A stretch of DNA of 64,000 bases from Chrysomallon squamiferum (Eukaryota; Animalia; Mollusca), in NCBI GenBank assembly GCA_012295275.1, contig CM022674.1, positions 10,292,001 to 10,356,000 on the forward strand, written 5' to 3'. This document shows, piece after piece, positions 52,458 through 64,000 of this stretch; within the stretch, counting starts at the first letter, position 1, and each line of letters opens with the position of its first letter. The notes below the pieces were generated by a model. It was not told where the DNA came from, did no database searches, and saw nothing but the letters and a program-made list of their open reading frames with translations. A program made the translations under genes and the position numbers.

Positions 52458-54936
52458 TTATGTATGATGGAGTTTATTCAGCTTATGAAATATTTTAAAT
52501 GTTTTACTGACACAATCAACAAAATACAGTAATAGTTCATTTTAACTGAATAAACAGGTATTATTAAATACATTATAAACATTTAAAATTAATAACACTG
52601 AACTAAATATCTATAAAAATATAAAGCAAAATAAATATAATAGTATTCTTAAAATTATATCCAAATTATTAAAATAATTAAAAATTATAACACTGATATT
52701 GATTAACAAGAAATAAAAGATTAAAATGAACAATATTTTAAGTAAGCTCAACTAAATTACTCACTCAGTAGATGTTCCTTTCAACACATCAATGTAAGAA
52801 ACAATGAAATCTTTAAATAATTTCTCCTGTTGATCTCTTCCATATGTTCCATATCCCACACAGAAACCTGCAAAATAAAAAGAATAAAAATAATCTGTTA
52901 TAATTAAATTAAAAATAAAACTCCAGATAACTCAATATGATTAAAATACAAAATTAAATTTTAAAAATAAATAAAGAAATACAAATAAAATAAAAACAAA
53001 CTGGAGCATGAAAAACCAACAAAAAACCCAACAAAAAACCCCAATCCATAATTAATAAAAAAATTAATGCAAAATAAAAATTAATAAATAATTCAAAAAG
53101 TAATTCAAAATAAAGTAATACTTATGTAAAATAAACAAAATTGAAAAGAAACTAAACTCTCAAATGAAAATGAGTCATATACTGAATTCAAAACATGTAA
53201 TAAAATTTAAAAAAAAATCTGAACTCCTTTTGTTAATAATATCCTTACTAATGTGAAAATGACTAAAGAACTTATTTTTATTTTTTTGGCCTCTAATATT
53301 ATAAACATTCTGAACAAAGATTATAATTTTTATTTTTATGTTTTGTAACATAACCATTCTAATATAACCATGACAGAAAGGTGAGATCAACAGACTTAAT
53401 TTTGTTATATTGTTTATTATTACATCTGAGATTTGATTAACCTATTTTTCAGATGAACATAACATACTTCACCCACTTATTTATATAAATAATATTTGCT
53501 CATATTTTCTCTGTCTTGTGGATACATTTTAATATGGCCAGGACAGAATAAATTTCAACTTTAAATCAGATTTACAATGAAAAAATATCTTTATATTTTA
53601 AAATATAAAATATTTATATATGAAAAGGATACTTTGGAGATTTATAACTGATTATTACTTTCAGTTATTTAAAATTTGGATCCTGATTTTGTGGCAGCAA
53701 TTTTATTTTACCTTAAAACTACCTGAAACTGTTAAAGTTCAATAAGTCAAATTAATAAGAAACATTTATTGTAATTGTAATTGTAATTTAACCCAAAACA
53801 AAATATAAAATTAAAAAAACCAATTATCCAAGATCTGAAAATGACCTTTTCTTTAACCAAATATATAAAATAAACCACACACACACACACACACAAAACA
53901 TACCTGGCAATGGTTCACCAAACACAACCTCTGTACGGATGAGTTTGCTGTTGTGGTAGGTGCGGTTAATTTTCTCATCCACGTAGTAATAAAATGTGTT
54001 GTGATTCATAGCGAGTCTCAGAGCACTATGGATGTCGATGATGTTGTTACCAAGACCATCAAAGAAAACATCGCCGTGAACATCTTCAGACGGGTAGAAG
54101 TAGGTCATGAGAGAATTAAGGGGAGCACAGTCACGGTTGGCTTTGACCGCTGGGTCTGAATTGTGGCTATCTCGGACTTTGAGACAAAAATCAGGAAATC
54201 TTGGATGAGAGATAATTTTTTTCTCAACATGATGGACTGTTTCTAAACGTTCTTTTGTAAACATGTTCAGATTCTCGTCTCCTTGTGCCAGAAATATCAC
54301 CTGCATCTTCCATCGCGGAAACACTTGGTATCCAAAAGCACACTTGCTGGCAGACCTTGAAACACGCCTTTTTTTGTGAATCTCTAAATGTGAAGTTTGT
54401 TTTCTGTTTTGATTATGGTAAACTCTTTTTAAATAGGCTTCACTTTCTTCTCCTTCTAGTGTGACAAATCCTGAATTTACAAGTTTACCAAACATTTTCT
54501 CTCTTAATAATGGTTCTTGTTTATTGCGCAAATCTCGTTTAAATCTGCCCCGTGATGAATTGTATCTTCTGGCTAAAATGAAAGCATCATATCGAATGTA
54601 TGCCTTGTGGTTTGGAATATTGAAAGCTTCTATAGACTTGTCAAGCACAATCTCTGGTTTTCGCACCTTCCAGGTATAATAGCCCAAGCCAATACTGACT
54701 GAAACAACACTCAGTATAAGGAATAATGAAAAAATGATGGCCAATGGACGAGAAGTGAAGATCTTTTTGCCCAAACAACCACTGAAACAAAATCTCTGTC
54801 CAAATGTGGTCCTGTCAGGTTCCTCGTCATCATTATCAGCAATGAACTGAGCAAGCTCGTCCAGCCCTGTTTCGTCGTAGACATCATCACTGTTGACACT
54901 GAGATACGCTGACTGGTGCCACATACCCGGCATCAT
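44684..54936 (-). CDS. DISP3: Protein dispatched homolog 3 (PTCHD2), RND/sterol-sensing-domain membrane protein, about 1261 aa, 16 coding exons
   Basis: Exons 54936-53904, 52867-52765, 52302-52031, 51686-51526, 51202-51063, 50703-50564, 50109-49927, 49624-49449, 48892-48619, 48192-48002, 47630-47492, 47176-47019, 46531-46388, 46187-46055, 45755-45589, 45055-44684; phase-consistent (3786 nt). Motifs: LFGGNELFDYEV, LGILNGAAAFVIIGIGVDDIFVF, TAGKATFFTSATTAAAFAAN, GWEMGAVEAVSLSILVGSSVDYCVHLVEGY, HIGVAIVSSAITT and QPFSKFG. Confidence 0.9.
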
Positions 54937-57900
54937 GCAACGTCAGATCTGAAAAATGAACATTTCAAAGTTAGCCACAGTTAAGCCTGTTTTTCAATGT
55001 ATAAATTTGTAATGTTTTATTTTAAACAGGTTCAGTTATATTAATTAGTTGAATAGTTATTTACATCTTAGCTGTTTAAAGAACTAATTTATAGTAAGTA
55101 AAATATTTGAAATAACAAATAATAATTAAGAAAAATTAAAATATACTGAAACAAAAAACAAAACCACAATTATTTTTTTTTAAATTAATCAAAAAAGAAA
55201 GAAAATAAGAAGAAAAGAGAAAAAAGAATTGAAAAAAATTAAATAGCAAATTTAATAACAGATCTGTTTTATATTTAAAAAATAGACATGTCTAGAATTA
55301 ATTTCAAGTGGTATCATTTAAATGATTTAGAGAAAGCAGAAAAACTATCAGTAAAATCAGAGTTTCTTGTGACAAAAATACACATCATAATTCACAATCT
55401 TATACCCTAGGCTTGCTAGATTATCTACACAGATTACAGGTGTCACAAAGACAAAAATCAATAAATAAATAAATAAATAAGAACCTATACTATACCATAA
55501 GCTAATGTATTAAATCTATTCTCTGTTATTTTTATTAACTCTCTTTTTTTGTTTTAATTAATGAATAAAAATAAAGTAAACAAGTAGACATAACTAATGA
55601 CAAATATAGTGCTGGGTTGTTTTTAAACATTCATTCATTCAGCTGTGGAATTAATCCTTTGACAATGATTTTTAATGTATGTATTTACTTTTGTCCTCTG
55701 TTTATTTATTTGTTTTATTTGAAAGAGAAAATACTATTGTGTTTCAGCATGTTTTATCATATAAATGTACTTTTCATGGAAATGACTGAACTATGGACTG
55801 ATGTGGTCTGTTAATAAAATGTATTTTACAGATGCCATTTAATTAGTAACCTTTGTTTGTTTGTTATTGTTTTTTAATTAATATTTATTTATTAAAAATA
55901 TCTATCATATTGTTAAAGATTTAGTCTGGTTTGGTTAAAGTTATAGCTATAAACGTGAATGTAGAATATGGCTAGAAATATGTCTGATTATTCATTGATT
56001 TCTTTAAAAAATCTATCTGTCTCTGACAGTTGTTTTATTTCAATATTACAACAGTTTCAATTTGTCTGTCTGTCTGTCATTTTACAAATATGCATCTGTA
56101 TTTAACCTCAGCTATTTACTATCTGTCTATCTGTTTTAATGTACATGAAAGTTTTCCTGCAATATTTTTATCCATCTGTCTGTCGTATTATACATAATAC
56201 TTCAACTGTAGTATGATTTTCATTTCCTTTTTATTTTATTTTTCACTTTATTTTTGTACTAAAATTGCTGTTTTTTTCTATGTTTGAAATGAATATACAA
56301 AAAATTCCAAGCTTGCATATTTTCTGAATCACCATGAAGAAACAGAAATTTAATGTTACTTACCTGTATATATCACCTTCTGTTATGTATCACTTTATCA
56401 GTTATCAGGGAATTCAACATCTGCTCTTAACAGGTTTGTGTTAAGATAATACAGGACAATTTATCTTAGTATTTTTCTTTCCTTCTTATTTAAACAAAAT
56501 TATATATAGTTATTATGATTTATTTATAACAGGTATAAAAAAAACGAATTAAAAAAAATATATATTAGCATATCAGGCTGATTATTCTGTAATCTAAGAC
56601 CAGTGAATAAGAAACATAAAAACACATACTGAACTGACTTGCTTACAAACTGCTATGGACATTAAACTTTACATTCAAATACCCCTCAAAAAAATCAATC
56701 TAAGTTGGAATTAAATTTAAATATGATGTGTCTTACAACATGACAAATACTTCCCAGTGATTAATAACTATCACCTTGTTAAACGTATAGTCAGGAAAAA
56801 ATATGTGTGTGTCTGGTTTGGTTAAAAATTATATCTGAACCAAGCCTAAACCTGCATTTGAACAGGAACAACAACAACATAAGAAAGAAGATTAAAATAA
56901 ATAAATAAATAAATATCAGTAAGAAATAAATATTTCATGTTACACATGAATTATTCAATTCAAGATAATTACTGATTTTGGCCATTTAATACCAGATAAA
57001 AAAAAATGTTTTCTATTAAACTCATTATTTTTTATTATTATTAATACCTGTATTATCAAAAATACAGAATATACAAGATACCATCTGTAATATAACATTG
57101 TTTTAAACTACCAAATTATATGTAATACAAGTCTTTAACATTAAAATTATAAAATGTAACAAATGACTTTAACAATTAGATTTCTATTAAAAATGTCAAG
57201 AAAATGCATGAGGCTTTTATTATTATGTGTATATGTAACTGAACATAATCTACATTTTTAAATGTTAAATGTCTTGAATATTACCAGGTTTAGATAATTA
57301 GATATCTATAATAATATCAAATCTAAAACTTTTAGGTTTCTAGAATACAATATCAGGTTTTAACTATTTGCTATCTTTAATATAACATCAAGCTTTATCA
57401 GTTATCTAGAATATAAGAGAGGCTTTAACTACTGATTTCTAGAACATGTAATAACCTTAATTATTATTTAATTATTATGTATCTAGAATTAATTACTAAT
57501 AACCCCTTGGTTGTAACAGTGAGATTTGTAGAATATGACACCAGGTTCATGTAAATAAAGTTTCTAGAATAAAACAGATATGCAACACAAATTTAGAAAT
57601 CTACATGTCAAGGACATACAAATCATTTATGTGATACATACAAATGTAATTTCATGTGTAACTATGACATTTCTTGTACAAAATATTTATTAAGTTGGGA
57701 TATATATTCTTTAGGTGTGAGATTAATAGCAAATACTTGGTAATTAAAAAATGATTTAGACTTTAAGCAAATCTGAACCATGAGAGGTATTCAGTGCCAG
57801 TGATATTGATAATCCACTACATGTTTTCTACATAAATCCTGATCACTAACACCATGTCCAAGTCCATTTGGTCTATGATTTACATAAATAATTCAGTGTT

Positions 57901-59838
57901 AAGTGATATTAAACAGTAGAGGAGATATGGGCAAATAAGATAAACATTAAGAAAGAAGTTTAGTGATAAATTAATAGGTAAATAATAATTAGATGGACTG
58001 ATGGAAGGACAGATGGATGAACGGAACAATGGATGATTTAGAAACAATTAGTTTCATGGATTGATGGATGGATTAAAGGGAACTAAAAGAAAGGAGGCAA
58101 CAGAAACAAACAAATTAACAGATCAGTGAAGGCTTAATTATGAAACATCACGTGCCAAACATTAGTGCAAAAATAAGCATCAAGAATGCAGTCAACAGAA
58201 AAACATGATTCATAATTAATGTGTCTTTTTCTTATCACTAATTGTTGTTAATGGTAATAACAATAATCATGATAACTCATTAAGATGAAAGCAGTTTACT
58301 CAAACTGCCATTCTTAGATAGAGAAATAGACATTACTGATGGAGTGTTTTGTTTTTTAATTATTGTTGTTGTTTACAACATACAAAAATGACAAGAAAAT
58401 GAGTAAAAGAAATTATTTATGTAATGTGTTTGTATTATTCATCACATCTGACAGATGTTTGGCTGAAATCTGCTTGAGCATGCAATCATTCTTGATATGT
58501 TTTGCCAGAAGCATCAGAAAATCAATTTCTGATCAATACATGTTTTCCTGCTCTGCATTTCATCAACTCATTAAATGATTTTTTGTTCCAGCTAATTTAT
58601 ATGGTATTATATTTTCTTCTTTCACAACTTTTCAGAAGGAATGTGAGATAACGAAATAAAGATAGGTACATACATACATACATACATGTTGGTTAAAGAA
58701 AGTAGGTAGGTATTTACACAACAAAGAAAAAGAAAGAAAGATTGACTATAGATAATAATTACTATTGATGAATTAATACAAGATAATATAGTTTTAAATA
58801 TGAAGAGATTGATGGAAATATACAACAGACAGATACACAATGAATGCCAGAAAAAGGTTAGTAGAAAATGAGAGGAGAAATAAATTAAAGACAGACAGAT
58901 GGAAATATGTAACAGAGAAGTAGACACAGAATCCCAGAAACAGAGAGAGAGGAAATACATATAAATGAAAGATTAAAGCAGTTTGATCAGTGTTTACTGA
59001 TGTACTTCAGTACCTACTGATCACTGGGTTGAGGTGTAGTTGGCAGCAGGATAAACTATTGTTATTGTTAAAGTTTAATAAACACATTAACGCTTTAAAT
59101 ATTAAGAAGTATTAAATATCCAGAGCTAAAATAAGAAAATGTATTTTAAAAACTAGACCACAAGATCAAAAATGTATTATGAAGAAACCTATCGTTCAGT
59201 TCATAAATTTGTAATAATTACATGAATGAAATGACACTATTAATTATACTTCTTAATTGTTTTGTTCTGAAAACAAAATGTCCTAAAATATAACAGAAGT
59301 ACTAAAATTAAAATGATATCCAACCTGAACATTTTCATCCTTAAGTACTTCACCATAAATCTTAACTAGATTAATCCAGATTTGACAAATTATTAACTAT
59401 TCTATTATCAGTTATCCAAGCATAATGTGTGACTGTGTGTATATCATTTATTTCAAAATCATATTATTATAATGTTCTAGAATGAACACGTTTAAGTTAG
59501 TTCTGAACAACAAAAATATCTTTATATCAGCTTATACACAGTACAGAAAATTAAAACAATTATTTTCGTGAATTAATGTGTTATAGGATATGAATATTCT
59601 CAACTAACTACCAATGTATATTCTTAGTTCATTGACCACTGTAAATACAACATACTGAATGCATGACTGATAATTTACAAAAGACAATTATGAAAAATAA
59701 TAAGTTTGTAGTTAGTGTCAACATACAAACATGCACCAACCTGTTGACACTCTTACTGCTTGGTCGTAGTTATTTGTATTATTTTTCAGGTATCCAGAAA
59801 TATGGTTGCTCTCTCTCTCTCTCTCTCTCTCTCTCGCT

Positions 59839-59882
<44 letters not shown>

Positions 59883-61698
59883 TATGAACAGATACACTTT
59901 CAAACCAATGACTGCATATAAATATATTCACAAATGGAATTATTACTATTATCCTTTAGTTAATTAAAAATTAACACTTCACTATTTTTACAAAATGAGA
60001 TGTTTGAAATGTCACTCTGAAAATGAAATTAATAAATACTTTGAAACTTACCATACTGGTTAGACTGATGAATGTTTCTGTTATTAAAACAAAATTAATT
60101 GCTGTCCACTGGATATCAGGTAAACACCCCTAAACAAAGGATTAGACAAAAATAATCCACAGGTAGAACATGAACTCAAGATGAAAGAAAAATAATCCAC
60201 AGGTATATTATGAAAGGAATAATCCATTGGTATGAAAGTAATACAGGATCAAGAAAACAGAGAATATTAAAAGTAGTCTGTAATACCATTCATATATCCA
60301 TTAAGACAATGAATATGCAATATCACTATTTTTGTAAACAACACATCAAATACAATTCAGGGTTATCACATTAATGTATTTCCAAGAGAATGCAAAACAT
60401 AATCCAGTAAAATTTGTTTAAGATAATTCAGAGGACAATAAATTACAACAAAAAAGCCACTCTGAATATGAAAGTAACACAGCACATTTGTTTTCTCTTG
60501 TTTTTTTGTTTGTTTTATTTTCCTTTCAAATACTAATCTGTGGAACAATTTACAAACAAATTATTGGCTATCCAGTTATTAATATAAAATTTGTTAAAAG
60601 AATTTTTACAATATTTTATACAAGGTCAAAAATATATAAAAATTAATACAAAAAATTTGTTTTATATTCAAGTAGATTATCTAGTGCATTTCAATTTAAT
60701 ACAAATAAAAAAGTCAAAATAATTTGTGAATAAATAATTACATAAATAAGCAGAGTAAATATTGAAATAATTTACATGAGTAAGCTAGTAGATATTGATA
60801 AATGAATAAATAGAAATAAGAACAAAACAAAATAAAACAAAACAAATAAAAATTAGTTGAAATAACTTGCTGAATAAAATAAATAATAACACAAACTACT
60901 GGATGTCATATTGATACAAGATTTGAGAAAAGTTCAAGCCCAGTTTACAAGAGTCTTACAGTTTTAATGGTGACTGCCTGTTCAGGAAATCTGTGTATGT
61001 TTAACACGGCACTGTGACAGTCTGCTGGGACAGCAGCGTTTGCTCAACAGCACACACTGCAGATCAGAGAGACGAGCTGTGTAACTTCCTCATTGAAATA
61101 ATTAAAAGATGACACAGACCTGCCCCAGAGTCTTTGGAGAGTCATGATAAGAAAACAAGAAGACAACTAGTAAACTGTACGCAGATTTCACAGCTTTGAG
61201 CTATTGTTTGTTTTGTTTACAAACATGACCTGTTACAATTAACTGAATTTAAACCAGTTTGTAAAAAAAAAAAAAAATGTCTCTTTTTTCTTTTTGTTGC
61301 TTATTTATTTCTATGTCTTCTTTTTCTTTTTATCTTTATTATTATTATGTCATTTATTTATTTATTTAAACATTTTAAAAGTATTTGATTTATCTCTTCA
61401 TAATTATATTTTTAGATTTAAATGATCATCATTTTCTTTGACATTCATTTCTTTATTACCATACTTTAGTTTTATCTTCATTGTTTATTTATATTTATAA
61501 CCCATTTTCTAAAGATCTTATTTCTTTTTTGTTGTTTATTTATTTACTTCTCCGTTAAATTTTTGTTTTCTTAATTTTTCTTTATTATTTAAAAAAAATA
61601 ATCCTGCTTTTTAGATTGAATTTATATGTCAAGTAAAAAAAATACTGTACTATTATTATTATTATTATTACTGTTATTATTATTATTATTACTATTAC

Positions 61699-61744
<46 letters not shown>

Positions 61745-64000
61745 TATAATTATTTTAATTTTAAATGTTAAAATATATTCAATAAAATAAATCAGGAATT
61801 AAAATAAAGTATTGCAACAATGTATTACAAATAAATGAAATTATTCAGAAACAGCAAACGTGTTTACTCACTACACAGTGTACAATAAACTCACCACATT
61901 CATTAGTGGCCTTGTGTTGTTTTGTGTGTATTGATTGAGAAAAATCAATACACTATCAATATTACTGGTCAGTATAACCTCACTGCATACACTTTCTCTG
62001 ACTCTTCATTTCACTATGGCCTACTTAAAACTACAAAAAAACTGAACAGCCAGAAGGAATACTAAACGTAAATCTTCTTACTTAGTGTGTGCTTGTTATA
62101 GGAAGTATCATGGTTAACAAGAGGCTTGTATTTTTCTCATAAGGAAATTTTAGTTTTTTTCAAATACTTTTTTGAAAATGCATTTATCATGTATTTCATA
62201 TACAAAATAATAATAAAAAAATGTATAAAGGTTCTGTGACATAAATATTTAAAAAGTTATGATGAATATTATAAATAAATAAATATTAAAGTATTTAATG
62301 ATTCCAAATCATGATTCAGTTTGTATATTATAGACATGACTGTTTTATAAATTTGGTTATTATCATTATCATTTGTATTAAACAACTGATTGAATTAATA
62401 AATTTTATTATAAAATTTACCATGAAAAAACATATTTAATTTAAATTTTGTCTGAACAAGAAATCTCATAAACCAATTAACAAATATTTAACATATAAAT
62501 GATAATTACAAATAAAGCTTAATGATACCAAAGTACAAAATAAAAAAAAAATAAAAATCTGCTCTTGAATATCAGAAGGAATGCCAAAAAAAAAAAAATA
62601 AATAAATAAATTATTTAAAAAAAAAAAAAAAAAAAAAAAAAATAAATACATAAAAAATAATAAATTATAATTAGATATATATTTATTATATACAGACACA
62701 AATACAAACATTATTATTATTATTATTATTATTTAATATGAAAGAGAAAAAACCCAAGTTATTTGTTATTTTTATAGACTGTTTATTACATCTGAAAATG
62801 CATCTGCATAACGATTCAGTAGTAGAATACACCCAGTGTGTAAATACATTCAACATTATGTCACTGAACAGATTCAAGAACAGGCAAATCATTATGACAT
62901 TAACAGAAGAAGACAGCTAAAATACTGAACTCAGTGGTAATCAACAAGTGCAAACAACAGTTGTAAACACCTTTGTCTTGAAATTAATTAACACATCAAC
63001 ACATTCATAGTACACACACATCCATGTACAAATATAATTATCTTATTTCTGTAATGCTTATGAAATATAATTTTTTATAATGCTGCTATGAGCCACAGAT
63101 ATGGAATATTTGATCTTTTTGTTTTTTTCATCTCTTTTATGTTTTTTTAATGTATAATACTGTCTTTGATAGTCCTGACATTTAAAATGTGTCTGTGGAT
63201 TCGTTCATGTTATGATTAACAATAAAACCATTGACAAACTGCACCCAGCAGTCACTAGCCTTTCTTTGCAGCTTGATATCCTGCTTTCAAACACAGCTCT
63301 GCTATCAAACAGGCCATTTTCATCTCTTCCATCTTTCTTAACAGACAATGACTTTTTATTACTGCTCATTTTTCATCATTATTATTTATGTATTTTAATA
63401 TAATTTTAATATAATAACTTTGTTTTTTCAGTTTATTTTTATCATTACATTTTTTATATTTATAACTATTTTCCATTAACGGTTTATTCTTAATTAAAAT
63501 AAATTGTTTTTTCTACAAATATTTAACTATTTCCTCTTCATTTTTCAACAATAAATGACTTCTTTTAAACAATTTAGTTTTTATTATTATTATTTATTTT
63601 ATTTGTATTATTTTTGCTTAATTCTTAATTTCCATATTCTTATTTTCCTTTGTTCAAATAGAAGTTTGAAGATAAATATTAATACTGATATACAAACTTA
63701 CAATATATTACATGCCTTAGGTTAGTACATATACAATGTGTATAACACCAATCAGCTCAGTTCTATTTCTCCCTCAGGATACAATAAGTTGGTTAATTTA
63801 ATACTGTTTTTCATGTGTTTGTTTTCTTTGTATTTTTTAATGACAGATACAAATAAAGAATAAACAATAGTAAAATAAAATCATGGTGATAATAAAATAA
63901 AAAATATAACAACATTATTATTAACAGTACTAGTACTAGTAAAACAAAAGGAAACTAAAAGATATCTAATTTTTTTTTTTAAATAACTAAACAAACACCA

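Noticed and set aside
55000-64000. Short ORFs upstream of DISP3
   Set aside because: AT-rich, low-complexity translations with no recognisable domains; likely 5' intron or intergenic DNA.

Overview
AT-rich, microsatellite-dense eukaryotic DNA, probably from an invertebrate such as a mollusc (inferred from composition and gene content only). Most of the ORF track is microsatellite noise. Manual splicing gives five intron-containing genes. (1) The first coding exon of VEPH1/melted (-), running off the left edge. (2) A secreted collagen+C1q-domain gene (+). (3) An 18-exon gene (-) with the Mind-bomb scaffold (Mib_Herc2-ZZ-Mib_Herc2-2 Mib repeats-ankyrin repeats) whose C-terminal RING fingers are replaced by a PARP12/14-type ADP-ribosyltransferase domain. 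(4) Divergently, a gene (+) fusing an N-terminal TIR domain to a two-TM TMEM268-like module. (5) A 16-exon Dispatched-3/PTCHD2 gene (-). Also present are a hAT MITE with a perfect 8-bp TSD, a second putative TIR element, three minisatellites and two local tandem duplications. The main novelty candidates are the MIB-PARP and TIR-TMEM268 fusions, which lie next to a C1q gene as a possible innate-immunity micro-cluster. Domain calls come from recalled family motifs, not database searches.
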